Positions 1 to 9,873 of a DNA stretch of 64,000 nucleotides are shown piece after piece. Position 1 is the stretch's first letter. The number at the start of each line of letters is the position of its first letter. The translations under genes and the position numbers were made by a program. Source of the DNA: a virus (Duplodnaviria; Caudoviricetes); the IMG/VR virus record IMGVR_UViG_2898571807_000002, positions 1 through 64,000 of that record. One strand, given 5' to 3'. A model generated the notes under the pieces. It ran no database searches and had not been told where the DNA came from. It saw only the letters and a program-made list of their open reading frames with translations.

Positions 1-351
1 ATGCCTGACGAGATCCCCGACGCCCCGGAGGGCTGGCCCAGCGCCGACCCCGACTCAATAGTTCGTGCCCGCAACGACGGTGGCGTGCGTGCCCTCATCG
101 CCCGCGCCATGTGGAAGCGGGACTACCAGCCGGGCGCCGAGGCGAACATCGGCGGGATGGTGTACGAGATCGCCGACCGCGTCGCCGAGCAGGCCGTCCC
201 GGAGATCGAGCGGCGCGCTCTCCGAAACGCAGCCGATGCACTGCTGGCGGCTGGTTTCCATGAGGACCGCTGCTCTTACGGCCCGCCCGGCACATGCGAC
301 TGCTCGCTCGGTGAGCACTATCGGTGGCTGATCGCCAGGGCCAGGGGCTGA
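1..351 (+). CDS. hypothetical phage protein
   Basis: ORF with GC3-biased codons; C-terminal Cys/His cluster. Confidence 0.6.
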   Translation: MPDEIPDAPEGWPSADPDSIVRARNDGGVRALIARAMWKRDYQPGAEANIGGMVYEIADRVAEQAVPEIERRALRNAADALLAAGFHEDRCSYGPPGTCDCSLGEHYRWLIARARG

Positions 352-355
352 CTCG

Positions 356-724
356 ATGGCGTCGCTGCTGATCGTCCGCCGCGGGGCCGACATTGTGGGC
401 CAGTGTGACGAGCTGTGCTACGACGCGAAACACCCAAAGTGCGTTTGCCGGGCGTGCGGAGGCCGCAATCACGGCGTCGGCCTGGAACAGGCAGCGCTCA
501 ACACGCGGACCCTCGTCACCGAATGGGACGCCCGCGAAGGCGCGTACGTGTGCGAGCTCGCCGACGCCGTTCAGAACCTCACGTTGTTCCCGCTTCCCCC
601 ACAAGGCCGCGGAACCGTGACCATCAGCTCGCCGCCGGGCGTCAACGTCAGCCCTGCCTCGATCCAGATGACTAGAGGCACGACGACCCAGGGCAGCGAA
701 GGCCGGAGAGGGGACTTGATCTAG
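356..724 (+). CDS. Cys-rich putative Zn-binding hypothetical protein
   Basis: CDELC...CVCRACGGRNHG motif; starts 4 nt after the previous stop. Confidence 0.6.
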   Translation: MASLLIVRRGADIVGQCDELCYDAKHPKCVCRACGGRNHGVGLEQAALNTRTLVTEWDAREGAYVCELADAVQNLTLFPLPPQGRGTVTISSPPGVNVSPASIQMTRGTTTQGSEGRRGDLI

Positions 725-786
725 ATGCCGTCCCCCGTGACCCGTTCAAACACCGGGTGGAACCGGTGGCCTGCGCCCGGCGGCAA

Positions 787-972
787 CTACTCGTCGGTGT
801 CGCCAACGGTTCGCTGCTGGCGGCGCTTGTATGCACGGACCTTCCGCGCCATGTGAGCGCGCAGGTCGTCGGACTTGGACGTGCCCTCTGCTTCGCAGGC
901 TTCTCCGTAGTCGCGCCATAGATCGTCGTCTACGCGGATGACTCGGTTGGGTGTCTTGGGCTTGTTGGGCAC
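787..972 (-). CDS. ribbon-helix-helix DNA-binding repressor
   Basis: (M)PNKPKTPNRVIRVDDDLWRDYGEACEAEGTSKSDDLRAHM fits an RHH pattern; GTG start with TAAGAT -10 just upstream (leaderless). Confidence 0.7.
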   Translation of the reverse strand: MPNKPKTPNRVIRVDDDLWRDYGEACEAEGTSKSDDLRAHMARKVRAYKRRQQRTVGDTDE

Positions 973-988
973 CCGCAGGATCTTAGCG

Positions 989-1060
989 GGTGCATTTGCA
1001 GAAACTTCACTCTCGGAGTTGTGGTGCATATGCACCATGCTACAGTGGTGCATATGCACC
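989..1060. promoter_or_regulatory. divergent promoter with three GGTGCATATGCACC-type palindromic operators
   Basis: Perfect palindromes at 1022-1037 and 1047-1060 flank TGnTACAGT (1038-1046); partial copy GGTGCATTTGCAGA at 989-1002. Confidence 0.75.
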
Positions 1061-1094
1061 GAGCAACGCCGAGCGCACCGGACAGGGAGAAGAG

Positions 1095-1387
1095 ATGACG
1101 GTCATGGCCACCGAACCCGATCGACCTTCGAGGCCGCGACCTATGTCGCCGCCCAGATCGCCAGCGCGTACGCGGACCCCCGTTACGCCTTGGTCCACAC
1201 GAGTGACGGTCGGATCGGACGCGACCTCGCGAAGCTGCTGGCCGCCCTCATGGTCGAGCGCGGCATCAGGTTCGGCGCGGCGCTCACGCTCGTGCTTGAG
1301 GACGAGCGTGTGAGCCAATACGACCGGGCCGACGATGTTCGTGACGAGGCCGTACATGGCTTCCTCAGCTTGCAGGAGATGGCCTGA
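1095..1387 (+). pseudogene. probably frameshifted hypothetical gene
   Basis: RBS and ATG near 1095 (MTVMATEPD) are out of frame with the protein-like frame TFEAATYVAAQIASAY...QEMA ending at 1387. Confidence 0.4.
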
Positions 1388-1676
1388 CGCCGCGCCTTCC
1401 GGGACTGACGCTGCGTCCGGGCGGCCCACCCCGCGGGCCGTCCCACGAGTGCAGCGAGGAAGACCTGAAGTGGGCGGGCGTCCGGTGACCGCGGAGAGCG
1501 CCAATGGCGGGGATCGCTTCGCGGCGATGTCCCCAGGGCAGCTCGACTACTGGGTCCGGGAGATCGCGCCCATCCTGGTCGCCATGCGTGAGCGTTCCGT
1601 GGACCGGGCCCGGCAGCGGGCCTTGGAGATGATCCGCCGCCCACTGCGGCGAGACGAGACCACCGAGGAGTGAACC

Positions 1677-2057
1677 ATGGCCGACGCCAGCATCATCGAT
1701 ATTGTCGGGCCCGTGGCGGCCCAGGAATTCGACAGCGCCCAGGACCACTACAAGCCCGGCTTGATCGCTTGGGCGCGCAAGCTACCGGAACTCACCGACG
1801 AGCAGTTCCTCACCCAGTGCACTCACGCGATCTACGAATCCGCGCTCGTCAGCAGGTTCCGCGGGAACTGGGACCACGAGCACTTCAAGGCCACGGCGTG
1901 CTTCTACGACGCCAAACGCCGGCACGTCGCCGCCGGGCACTCGTCCGACTGCCGGGGCGGCACCCTCTACGCGCAGGGACACGCCGCGGCGATGCGGTCC
2001 GCCGGGTATACCCCGTCCCCTCTGAGCGCGTGCACATGCGGAGTCGAGGAGGCGTGA
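1677..2057 (+). CDS. hypothetical protein
   Basis: GAGGAG RBS; GC3 bias; part of an operon. Confidence 0.65.
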   Translation: MADASIIDIVGPVAAQEFDSAQDHYKPGLIAWARKLPELTDEQFLTQCTHAIYESALVSRFRGNWDHEHFKATACFYDAKRRHVAAGHSSDCRGGTLYAQGHAAAMRSAGYTPSPLSACTCGVEEA

Positions 2058-2059
2058 GC

Positions 2060-2344
2060 ATGCCCGTCGTGTCTGTGCTCGCCGCCCCCAGTGGCGTTGA
2101 ACTGCCCGGCGTCCCGTTCGGGGACCTCGGCTCCTTCAGCCAATGGTTGGACACGGTCCTTCCGGTCAGCCGGTGGGTCGCTGGTGTCCAGGGGGCCGGG
2201 ATCACCGTTCATGTGTGCGGCCAGGACACCCGGATCCCGGAGGGGTGTCGCCACCTGGACGTGCCGCTGACCGATAGTGAGTACGCCCGATTTGAGCAGG
2301 CATTCGTGGACGCCATCGACAGGAGTAGCCATGGCCAAGCCTGA
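2060..2344 (+). CDS. hypothetical protein
   Basis: GGAGG RBS; operonic spacing. Confidence 0.55.
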   Translation: MPVVSVLAAPSGVELPGVPFGDLGSFSQWLDTVLPVSRWVAGVQGAGITVHVCGQDTRIPEGCRHLDVPLTDSEYARFEQAFVDAIDRSSHGQA

Positions 2345-2582
2345 TCCGCTCGACGTTCGCGCCTACAACGTCGCGCTCAAGCGGCACCGGGATGGCGCCG
2401 TCCGCGAGGCCGCCGACCTGGAACGGACCGTCCGCCGGATACTCGACGACCTCCGTCGCGGAGGCCGCTCCACCACAAGCGACGGACGCAGCGCCCTCCA
2501 CACCGCGGGCATGCTCATGGAGAAGCTGGTCGCGTTGGAGACGCTCCAGCAGGACGCCGAACACTTCACCGTCGAGACATGA
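2331..2582 (+). CDS. hypothetical helical protein
   Basis: AGGAG RBS before MAKPDPL. Confidence 0.6.
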   Translation: MAKPDPLDVRAYNVALKRHRDGAVREAADLERTVRRILDDLRRGGRSTTSDGRSALHTAGMLMEKLVALETLQQDAEHFTVET

Positions 2583-2678
2583 ACACGCGCTACCCGGACT
2601 GCACCTGCTGGGCACCCGACGACGCCGAGCCCGAAGACCACGACACCGACTGCGCAGAGAACCCCGGCGCCAGGAGGA

Positions 2679-2999
2679 GTGACCATGCCTGAGAGCACTA
2701 TCGCGCTCAGCGAGCGCCTCGCCATCCGTGACCGTCTCAAGGCCACCCTCACCGGAGCGCAGCGGCAGCGTGATCGGCGACCGGACATCATCGACACGCC
2801 GCACGGCCCCGAATGCGAGTGGGTGCGGTACGAGCGGAACGTGATGCTCGACGCGGTAAACGCGGAACGGGCCGAGCTCGGAAAGCCCCCTGCGCTGATC
2901 AACGAGGTCGAGTCCATGGACAGGATGGCGGCTGGGCACGTGGACTACACCGACAAGTTCAGCCTGTACTGCACCGAACTCGTGGTCGACCGGCCATGA
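2679..2999 (+). CDS. hypothetical protein
   Basis: GGAGGAG RBS; GC3 bias. Confidence 0.65.
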   Translation: MTMPESTIALSERLAIRDRLKATLTGAQRQRDRRPDIIDTPHGPECEWVRYERNVMLDAVNAERAELGKPPALINEVESMDRMAAGHVDYTDKFSLYCTELVVDRP

Positions 3000-3007
3000 A
3001 CCCTGCG

Positions 3008-3259
3008 CTACCCTGCGGCTCCGCCGCTCTCAGCGGCGTCGTCCGGGCCGTGCAGCAGACGGAGGTCCACCAGTTCGGCGACCTCCTCAATGTCCCGGCA
3101 GTACCCGAGCAGGCGCCCGTGGCGGGTCACTAGGAAAAACACGTCCCCTGGCTTGGCATCGCGGTGGCGGCGCCGCGCGTACGCCACATCGACGGGCTGG
3201 AGCTCGACGGGTTCGACCCGGACACCGTCCGGGCCCACCAGGAAGCCGCTCCCCGCCAT
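3008..3259 (-). CDS. small actinomycete hypothetical protein
   Basis: MAGSGFLVGPDGVRVEPV...LLGYCRDIEEVAELVDL is protein-like. Confidence 0.5.
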   Translation of the reverse strand: MAGSGFLVGPDGVRVEPVELQPVDVAYARRRHRDAKPGDVFFLVTRHGRLLGYCRDIEEVAELVDLRLLHGPDDAAESGGAAG

Positions 3260-3440
3260 CCGCCAAGTGTGCACCGGGCAGGCACAGAAGGCACAAGGGG
3301 GGCGTCGCATTGCAACTATTGCCTGCCCAATTACCAAGAGCCGACATTGCCGCAGGTCAGGACCGTCCAACCTAACGATCTTGGCAGGCAATACCAAGCT
3401 AAGCAAACCTGTGAGTGTGTAGCGGCCTACACTCGACACC

Positions 3441-3728
3441 ATGAGCGCGCAGCCCATCCACGAGGAGCCGGACGACCGGGATCCGCAGGTCATCCACGAC
3501 CGGCTCCCCGAAAGCGTGCGCGCCAAGTTCCTCACCGAGTACCACGCCGCGGTTGATCGTTCACATGACCTGAGCGGGTACCGGGAACTCCGCGAGCTGC
3601 TGAAGACGTGGAGCGTCCTCGCCGCCGCTTACGCGAAGCCGGACTTTCATCAGCGTTATCAGGACGTCCGCGACGGTGTTGGAGAGTATGTCTCCATGGA
3701 TGAGGTCTTCTCCCGCCACGAAGCGTGA
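3441..3728 (+). CDS. DUF6247-like putative antitoxin
   Basis: MSAQPIH...LPESVRAKFLTEYHAAV...ELLKTW pattern; GTGA overlap with a RelE-like gene. Confidence 0.6.
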   Translation: MSAQPIHEEPDDRDPQVIHDRLPESVRAKFLTEYHAAVDRSHDLSGYRELRELLKTWSVLAAAYAKPDFHQRYQDVRDGVGEYVSMDEVFSRHEA

Positions 3729-3982
3729 GCGCCTACCGGACGGTCTTCACCGCCGAGGCCGACGTGGAAGTGCGGGGTCTGCCGAAGCGGCCCTCGGTAG
3801 CGCTGTACAACACACTCGTTGAGATCAGCCGCGACCCGTGGCAGAAGACCCACGTCGACCCTCTGAAAGAGGATGAGTCGTTCCGGTTCGAGTTGTTCGA
3901 CGGCGGCGACGGAGTCGTGCACCTGCAGATCAACGAGGAAGACCGCATCGTCATCGTGCAAGGGATCACCTGGGTCGGCTAG
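3725..3982 (+). CDS. RelE/ParE-like toxin
   Basis: 85 aa; YRTVFTAEA..V.GLP start and INEEDRIVIVQGITW end. Confidence 0.6.
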   Translation: MSAYRTVFTAEADVEVRGLPKRPSVALYNTLVEISRDPWQKTHVDPLKEDESFRFELFDGGDGVVHLQINEEDRIVIVQGITWVG

Positions 3983-4415
3983 CCGTACACCTTGTGGTGC
4001 TTCTTACGGTTCCGCCAGTTCCTCCACGACTGCCACGACCGGACCGTCACCCACCAGCACACGTAGAAGATCCCCCACATCCCGCACGTGAAGATCGTCA
4101 ACGTCCAATGGAGTCCGTGCCCGGTCCAGGACATGCCGCGCTTCGCCCGCACCGGCGAAGGCGGCGCTTGCACGTACACGACCTGAGGCTGCTGTTGCGG
4201 CATGGGCGGCGGTGGCATCTGCCCGGGGTACTGCGCCTGCGCCGGCGGCTGGTACGGGTCGTTCGGGTCACGAGGAAGCGGCGGCAAGCCCAAGACGGTG
4301 CTCTTTCCAGTGAGGGGAAGACCGCCATTCTGAAGCGCGCAGGCTCGGCCTGGTTCCGTAACCAGGAGGAACGGCCGCACCCGGACGCGGCGACAACCAA
4401 CCAGTGAGCAGCGCG

Positions 4416-4772
4416 TCACTCGGCGGGGACCCAGCCGACCGCGTCGCACTCCCCGCACCGGGACAGCCCCCGCCCGGCCGCACGCTCCCGGACAACGTGC
4501 ACCCGCGCACGCTCCTTGCCGGCCTCCGTGCATGCCGCGCCCGGCGCCGCATCGCACACCGTGCAGGGAGCCTTATCCGCGGCGAGAGAACTCCCGTCTG
4601 ACGGCGCCCACGCCGACCCCTCACACACCGGGCAGCGGCGCAGCACCAACGCGGTAGCCAAGGCACGGAGACGGTGCGGAACCTCACGCGGCAGATCGCT
4701 ACTCGTGGCGATACAAGCCTCACCCGGGGCCGCGAGACACGCGGCACAGCGGACCGACAGCGGGTTCGTCAC
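4416..4772 (-). CDS. zinc-finger repeat protein
   Basis: Repeated CxxC motifs (CAACLAAPGEAC, CTVCDAAPGAAC, CPVC, CGEC). Confidence 0.6.
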   Translation of the reverse strand: MTNPLSVRCAACLAAPGEACIATSSDLPREVPHRLRALATALVLRRCPVCEGSAWAPSDGSSLAADKAPCTVCDAAPGAACTEAGKERARVHVVRERAAGRGLSRCGECDAVGWVPAE

Positions 4773-4855
4773 ACACTAATCGTCCCAGATCAGACCGCTG
4801 TACGCCCGTTGATCAAGGCCCGCCCCCGCCGGGGGCACGTCCATGCTGCCCGCCG

Positions 4856-5305
4856 CTACAGTCTCACGACCGCGACCGACCGGCCCGTAATCGCTGTTGC
4901 TGCCTTACACAGTGGCGGGATATGCGAACCATCGGAACTCGCGACCTTCGCCGCCACCTCGGCGAACGACGCCGTAGCGACCACGAACGCGTCAATCAGG
5001 TTCTCGTGCCCATCCAACGAGGTCTCGGCCAGCAGTTGAGCGGCTCGTTCCGCCACCGCACGGGTCGCATCCACCACCGTCACCACAGACAACGCGTAGT
5101 CGAACGCTGGACTGCTCGCGGAGTAGTGCTGTTCCGCCAACGTCAGCACACTGATCACCGGAACGAACCCATCCTCGGCCGCAGCCACCAGAACCGCGCG
5201 CATCATTCGGTTACGGGCCGCGAGCAGAGCGAGCCCTTGGGCGTCCAGAACGAACGCGTGAGACGGCAACACCGGTGGTCGGCGCTCTACTCCTGCCCGC
5301 GCCAC
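4856..5305 (-). CDS. PIN-domain (VapC-like) toxin
   Basis: FVLDAQGL, SVLTLAE, IDAFVVATA and SSD acidic PIN motifs. Confidence 0.8.
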   Translation of the reverse strand: MARAGVERRPPVLPSHAFVLDAQGLALLAARNRMMRAVLVAAAEDGFVPVISVLTLAEQHYSASSPAFDYALSVVTVVDATRAVAERAAQLLAETSLDGHENLIDAFVVATASFAEVAAKVASSDGSHIPPLCKAATAITGRSVAVVRL

Positions 5306-5802
5306 ACCTGCCGTCCCTTCTCCAACTCGTCCTCAGTCAGCGGGCCAGCCTTTTCATCTGCGGCTTCCAGGAAGTCACCGACTCGCTGCCGGGCCAACCA
5401 GTCACGCAGCAATCGCTCGACCAAGCTGCCCAAGGGTTCGTCACCCGACTGTTCCTCAGCCTCAGCGGCGAGATCATCGTCAACCAGCACTGTCCGCATT
5501 GAGACAGCATCCCCGCCCGGTCGAACTTCACCTTCGGCCGGCTCACTCCTCGTCCAGTGCAGAACCAGATTTTGCAGCGCCGCCTCGGTCGGCGTGGGTC
5601 CTTCCCGAGCCCACTGGATCAGCGCCTCGTAAGCCGATGCTGAAGGAGCAGCGGCGGCTGCAGCGACGAGCCGCGCGAGAGCCTCCATCTTTCCGCTCCC
5701 GGGAGGCCCCAGACGAACAAGATCATCAGACTCGGCTTGTTCACTTAGCAGTGGGTCGTCCGCAGCCATCGCGGACTCTCTCGACTGTGACGGCTTGCTC
5801 AT
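5287..5802 (-). CDS. cognate antitoxin (VapB-like)
   Basis: Overlaps upstream of the PIN gene; C-terminal GPLTEDELEKGRQVW; start uncertain. Confidence 0.6.
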   Translation of the reverse strand: MSKPSQSRESAMAADDPLLSEQAESDDLVRLGPPGSGKMEALARLVAAAAAAPSASAYEALIQWAREGPTPTEAALQNLVLHWTRSEPAEGEVRPGGDAVSMRTVLVDDDLAAEAEEQSGDEPLGSLVERLLRDWLARQRVGDFLEAADEKAGPLTEDELEKGRQVWRGQE

Positions 5803-5964
5803 AGCACCTCCTCCCTGTCTCGCATCTCGCGCTAAGGCTACGGGCCGGATCGCCTGTCGCGTACGAGGTATCGGCCGTCAATTCCTGCGCTGGCTAGTCC
5901 TGGCTAGCCTGCCGCAACCGGCCCCAGCCGTGAACCGATCACCACACACGGGCACGAACCAGGC

Positions 5965-6249
5965 ATGGCCTCGGATGACGAGATCATCACCAGCGCTCAA
6001 CTGAAACGCGACCTCCTCAAACAAGCCCGTCGCCTTGGACAACACATCAAGCACATCCGCGAAGGCGAACATCGGCAGCTTGATGCACTCGTCGACCAAC
6101 TCGCAGAACTGCACAGCGACGATGATGCGTGTCTCAAAGCCCGCCGACGCTGGAGAGATCTACCGGAACGGCCTTGGGGCGCCCAGTACGCGCCATGGTG
6201 GGAACGCCTCTGGTGGTGGATCAGACACAAGCTCCCATCACAGCGCTAG
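5965..6249 (+). CDS. hypothetical protein
   Basis: ORF with Trp-rich C-terminus. Confidence 0.5.
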   Translation: MASDDEIITSAQLKRDLLKQARRLGQHIKHIREGEHRQLDALVDQLAELHSDDDACLKARRRWRDLPERPWGAQYAPWWERLWWWIRHKLPSQR

Positions 6250-6276
6250 CGGTGCAGCCTAGCTGCCACCAGCGGC

Positions 6277-6861
6277 TCAGTCCTCAGTGTCGAGGATGAC
6301 CCGAACCCGCCGTTCCCAGTGCGCCGGCCCCTCCATAGTCTCCCCGCCAGGTCGTCCACACCCGCAACTCCAGACCTCCCCATGGTCGACCCCCTCGACC
6401 GGCGGCCAGAACTTGAACAGGATCTCCTTGATGCTCGGCTCACCGCCAGTTCGTAGCGCACTCGTCCAAGGTTCGATCACGAACTGCAACGGCTCTCCCG
6501 CAGGCACGATGCTCGGGAGGGACAACGGAGTCAAGGACTCCCCGGCCCGCCCGTAGGCCCGGACTCTGTACGACCTGCGCACCCTGATCGTTCCGTAGAG
6601 AGCGCCCATGCCCAGTTGCCAAGCACCCCCGACCACCGCCTCGATCTCGGGTGGCAACTCGGGAGCGAGTTCCTCGTGGCGGCGCTGCTTCTCGTCGGTG
6701 CGCCGGTCAGACTCGATCTCACGGAGCCGACGCGCCTCATCCGCCGAGTCCCTCGAAGCTGCCGCCGACCGTCGCGAGTAGACAATCGCCCACACCGACA
6801 CACCGAACCCAGCAGCAGCGACCACCAGAGCCGCCAACGCGATCAAATCCGACGTGTCCAT
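6277..6861 (-). CDS. N-terminally membrane-anchored hypothetical protein
   Basis: MDTSDLIALAALVVAAAGFGVSVWAIVY transmembrane helix followed by a coiled coil. Confidence 0.6.
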   Translation of the reverse strand: MDTSDLIALAALVVAAAGFGVSVWAIVYSRRSAAASRDSADEARRLREIESDRRTDEKQRRHEELAPELPPEIEAVVGGAWQLGMGALYGTIRVRRSYRVRAYGRAGESLTPLSLPSIVPAGEPLQFVIEPWTSALRTGGEPSIKEILFKFWPPVEGVDHGEVWSCGCGRPGGETMEGPAHWERRVRVILDTED

Positions 6862-7052
6862 GCCGCCCCTCTGCGTCAACGGATCGGGGCGACAACTGCC
6901 GCCCCAAGGCCCCCGCCGCCGGATGCTAGCCACAAAGCAACCCCACCCACAGCGAACCCGCCGATCACGTACAAACGGAGCCGTCCGTCAACTAGCCAGG
7001 CGCCACCGTGGAGCGATCACCGTCGCCGGGCACCCCACTCCGACCGACGAAT

Positions 7053-7463
7053 TCACCCAGCCGACCGATGCTGCTTCTGCCTGACATCGTTGAGAGCGAG
7101 CCAGAGACGCTCGGCAGAGTCTTCAAAATCCGTGTCTTGGCGCACGACCCTCATGATGGCGATCATGGTCTCCCGCTCAGCCACGCTCATGTCTGGCGTG
7201 ACCCAAATATGACGTTCCCACGCCGCGAGGTCTCGTAGATCGACCGAAGCCGGGATCTCGACGTGCTCGTGCACAGCAGGTGCGATCTCCACCGAGAACG
7301 AATCCTCCGGGACCTCAAGGTCAAGAGCGATGAAGTCTCGTGCCGTCTCCTCAGCCTCAGACAGGTCATCGACCTGGGTGACACCCAGACCTTCGATGTG
7401 CAGCTCATACCCATGGTCCCACCGCTTGGGTCGGACTGTGTAAGTCGTCGTCACTGCAACCAT
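7053..7463 (-). CDS. hicB: HicB-like antitoxin
   Basis: YELHIEGLGVTQVDDLSEAEETARDFI; overlaps hicA. Confidence 0.75.
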   Translation of the reverse strand: MVAVTTTYTVRPKRWDHGYELHIEGLGVTQVDDLSEAEETARDFIALDLEVPEDSFSVEIAPAVHEHVEIPASVDLRDLAAWERHIWVTPDMSVAERETMIAIMRVVRQDTDFEDSAERLWLALNDVRQKQHRSAG

Positions 7464-7660
7464 CCCTCCGGAAGGCAGGCCATGCGGTCGATGGTGCCCC
7501 TCACCACGCCCGCCGAGACCACTCGATGCCTCGGGACGTTGGCCGAGTGCTCACCGCACGGGCAGATCCACTTGGTATGCCTTCCCCTGTCCGATTTGAT
7601 CTCGCAGTCGTGCCGCTGGAGCGCCCGGTTCAGGTCCCATAACCTCATCGCCTTCGGCAT
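7451..7660 (-). CDS. hicA: HicA mRNA interferase toxin
   Basis: 69 aa; GRHTKW...VPRH...GVVRGTI. Confidence 0.85.
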   Translation of the reverse strand: MPKAMRLWDLNRALQRHDCEIKSDRGRHTKWICPCGEHSANVPRHRVVSAGVVRGTIDRMACLPEGWLQ

Positions 7661-8002
7661 GAGGCTAAAGCTAGGCGAACCGAGTGGGCAAGCACTGCTG
7701 AACTGGGCAAGTGCAACCGGCCGTGACCGTACACGGTCGGGCCGCTAGGGCATCCATGCCCGTGTGTCGCCCTGCGTGCAGCCGACTGGCGAACGGCGGT
7801 CATCCTGCTAAAATGACAAGCAGTGACCAGCCAAAGTCCTCCCACACGGGAGGCGGCCTCTCCGGAGGTGGCAGCGGTTATCCATAGCCACTGCAGCGTG
7901 GCCCCCTTGGGGAAGGGACGCCACGCGCAGATTGGACTCCCTCCGCCGCTGTGGCGTCAGACTGCGGGATGAGCAGGCTGAAGGTTCGAGGGGCTCACCC
8001 CG

Positions 8003-8242
8003 GTGCCCGACAATGACTGGCGCAGCACACGCGCCCGACTCGCCGCCCTGAAGCGGTACTACCCGAACGACCTTGAACTCGTAGCTGACCTTCGGCGCGA
8101 TCTGAAGCTGAAGCACGCCCGCTCCTACATCGCACGGCTGCACTCGGAACAGCCAACGCTGGATGCAGAGGACCTTCAGGAACTCGCGGATCTCCTGCTC
8201 TCCCCTCCCTTCAAGGGAGGTGAACATGCCACCGCCGGATAG
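8003..8242 (+). CDS. small phage hypothetical protein
   Basis: Helical ORF RARLAALKRYYPND...LQELADLL. Confidence 0.55.
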   Translation: MPDNDWRSTRARLAALKRYYPNDLELVADLRRDLKLKHARSYIARLHSEQPTLDAEDLQELADLLLSPPFKGGEHATAG

Positions 8243-8364
8243 AAGCAACGGCCCCCAGGACAAGCCTGAGAGCCGTAAGCGCTTCGGTCGCCTCCACAGC
8301 AACCAGCACCGCCAGAATAGCCCAAGAAGCGTCTCGGGTCCGTCATCGACGCTCGGTTCCGGCG

Positions 8365-8856
8365 GTGGTCGTGCACCGTTGTGACCTCGACGCCGAAGAC
8401 TGCCTGACGGACCACATCTGCGCCAACCTGGACGGCGCGCGCAGGACCGCGGAAGGCAAACGACAGTGGTCCGCGCGCTGTCCGGTCTGCGCTCGCCCAG
8501 ACGAGAACAAGCGGACGCTGAGCCTCACGGCTGGCGGATCGCAGCGCATCATCTGGATGTGCCATCGAGGCTGCGCTCCCGCCGACGTGAAGCGCGCGAT
8601 GACCGCTCGCGGCATCTCTCTGCGCTGCGTCTCCTGGATCCCTGGCGCGCGGGCGGCTGAGAGCCCAGCGGAGCGATCGGCCCGCGAGGAACTCGAAGAA
8701 CTTAAGGGCTGGCTTGAAGGGTTGATCGCCGGGACCACCGCAGGTGGCGAACTTCGACTGGCGATCGGGATGCGCATCTGGGAGTCCGACGCGAAGACCG
8801 CCGCGACCAAGCTCGGGATCTCCCGCCGAACCTACTACCGCAGGAGACCACAATGA
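8365..8856 (+). CDS. primase-type Zn-binding domain plus C-terminal HTH (replication/regulatory)
   Basis: WSARCPVC...LSL...CHRGC..ADV resembles a primase zinc-binding domain; TAATKLGISRRTYYR HTH. Confidence 0.6.
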   Translation: MVVHRCDLDAEDCLTDHICANLDGARRTAEGKRQWSARCPVCARPDENKRTLSLTAGGSQRIIWMCHRGCAPADVKRAMTARGISLRCVSWIPGARAAESPAERSAREELEELKGWLEGLIAGTTAGGELRLAIGMRIWESDAKTAATKLGISRRTYYRRRPQ

Positions 8857-8940
8857 TCTTGTGCCAGAAATGGCACACCTCAAGCCTGGCGGCTGCGCCA
8901 AAAGTGGCACTGAACCGCGATCTTGTGCCAAAAATGGCAC
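8855..8940. repeat. three GTGCCA-N4-TGGCAC palindromic repeats
   Basis: GATCTTGTGCCAGAAATGGCAC 8855-8876, GCGCCAAAAGTGGCAC 8895-8910, GATCTTGTGCCAAAAATGGCAC 8919-8940. Confidence 0.8.
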
Positions 8941-9031
8941 GGCGAAACCTCGGGCTGACCTGCACTACTTGACGACCGAGCGACCGAGGAGTACACCACA
9001 TGTCGTCAGACCACCCCATAGGTTGGCTCTC

Positions 9032-9406
9032 ATGCGCGACCTAGGGGCAGACCCCCCGTTCGAGACGACCGGTGACGGCTTCAGCCTCGCGGCGGGCTCC
9101 AAGATGGTCACGCCAGCCGAGTTCCCCACCCCGTCGCCGCTGGAACTGGTGATGCCGGTGGTCGCGGAGGCGCTTCGGCTCGCGGCGGCCGACGACGGTT
9201 CGCTTCTCGACTTCAACGTCCGCGTGTTCTACGACGCGCACGTCACGCGGGCGATGGAACGCGAGCCCGATGATCCGCCGCTGCGGTACGACGCGTTCAC
9301 GTTCATGACGCTGATGGACGCGTTCCACTGGCTGGAAGCGAAGGGGTACCTCGCGCACCGCGGGAACGGCGACAGCTACGACTACTGGCTAGCGTCGCCG
9401 ACGTAG
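9032..9406 (+). CDS. hypothetical protein
   Basis: GC3-biased 3' part of ORF 8744..9406. Confidence 0.5.
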   Translation: MRDLGADPPFETTGDGFSLAAGSKMVTPAEFPTPSPLELVMPVVAEALRLAAADDGSLLDFNVRVFYDAHVTRAMEREPDDPPLRYDAFTFMTLMDAFHWLEAKGYLAHRGNGDSYDYWLASPT

Positions 9407-9411
9407 GCGCC

Positions 9412-9873
9412 CTAGATGAGCGCGCTTCCGTCGTGGGCGCGGATGAAAGGGCCGTCCTCACGCAGTGCGTCGGACACCCTGACAGCTCTTGCCTCCGGCA
9501 TGATCGCCTCCGCCTCCGAGGGAAGAAGCCATGCCACCGATGATGCTTCATCCGTGGGCCGCGGCTCCCCGCCGATCGGGCGGCAGAGGATCGCCAGGGA
9601 GACGACACCAAGCTTCATGTTCTTGTAGACACCGGTCAGCCGTTCAGGCTCGACCTTGACTCCGGTCTCCTCAAGGACCTCGCGCACGACACCGTCCTGG
9701 GGCGTTTCCCCGAGTTCCAGCACTCCCCCAGGGGGGACCCACCGGCCATCGTCGCTTCGCTTGATGGCCAGGATGCGACCGTCTTCGCGGCGAACAATGC
9801 CCGTCACGCTGACCGAATGCAGCGGTAGCTCAGAGGTCACTCTTCGGCCGTCCATTCGTACGCCAGCTTCCAC
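9412..9873 (-). CDS. NUDIX hydrolase (Pif-like)
   Basis: Nudix box GGVLELGETPQDGVVREVLEETG; downstream of a KorSA-like GntR as in pSAM2. Confidence 0.9.
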   Translation of the reverse strand: MEAGVRMDGRRVTSELPLHSVSVTGIVRREDGRILAIKRSDDGRWVPPGGVLELGETPQDGVVREVLEETGVKVEPERLTGVYKNMKLGVVSLAILCRPIGGEPRPTDEASSVAWLLPSEAEAIMPEARAVRVSDALREDGPFIRAHDGSALI

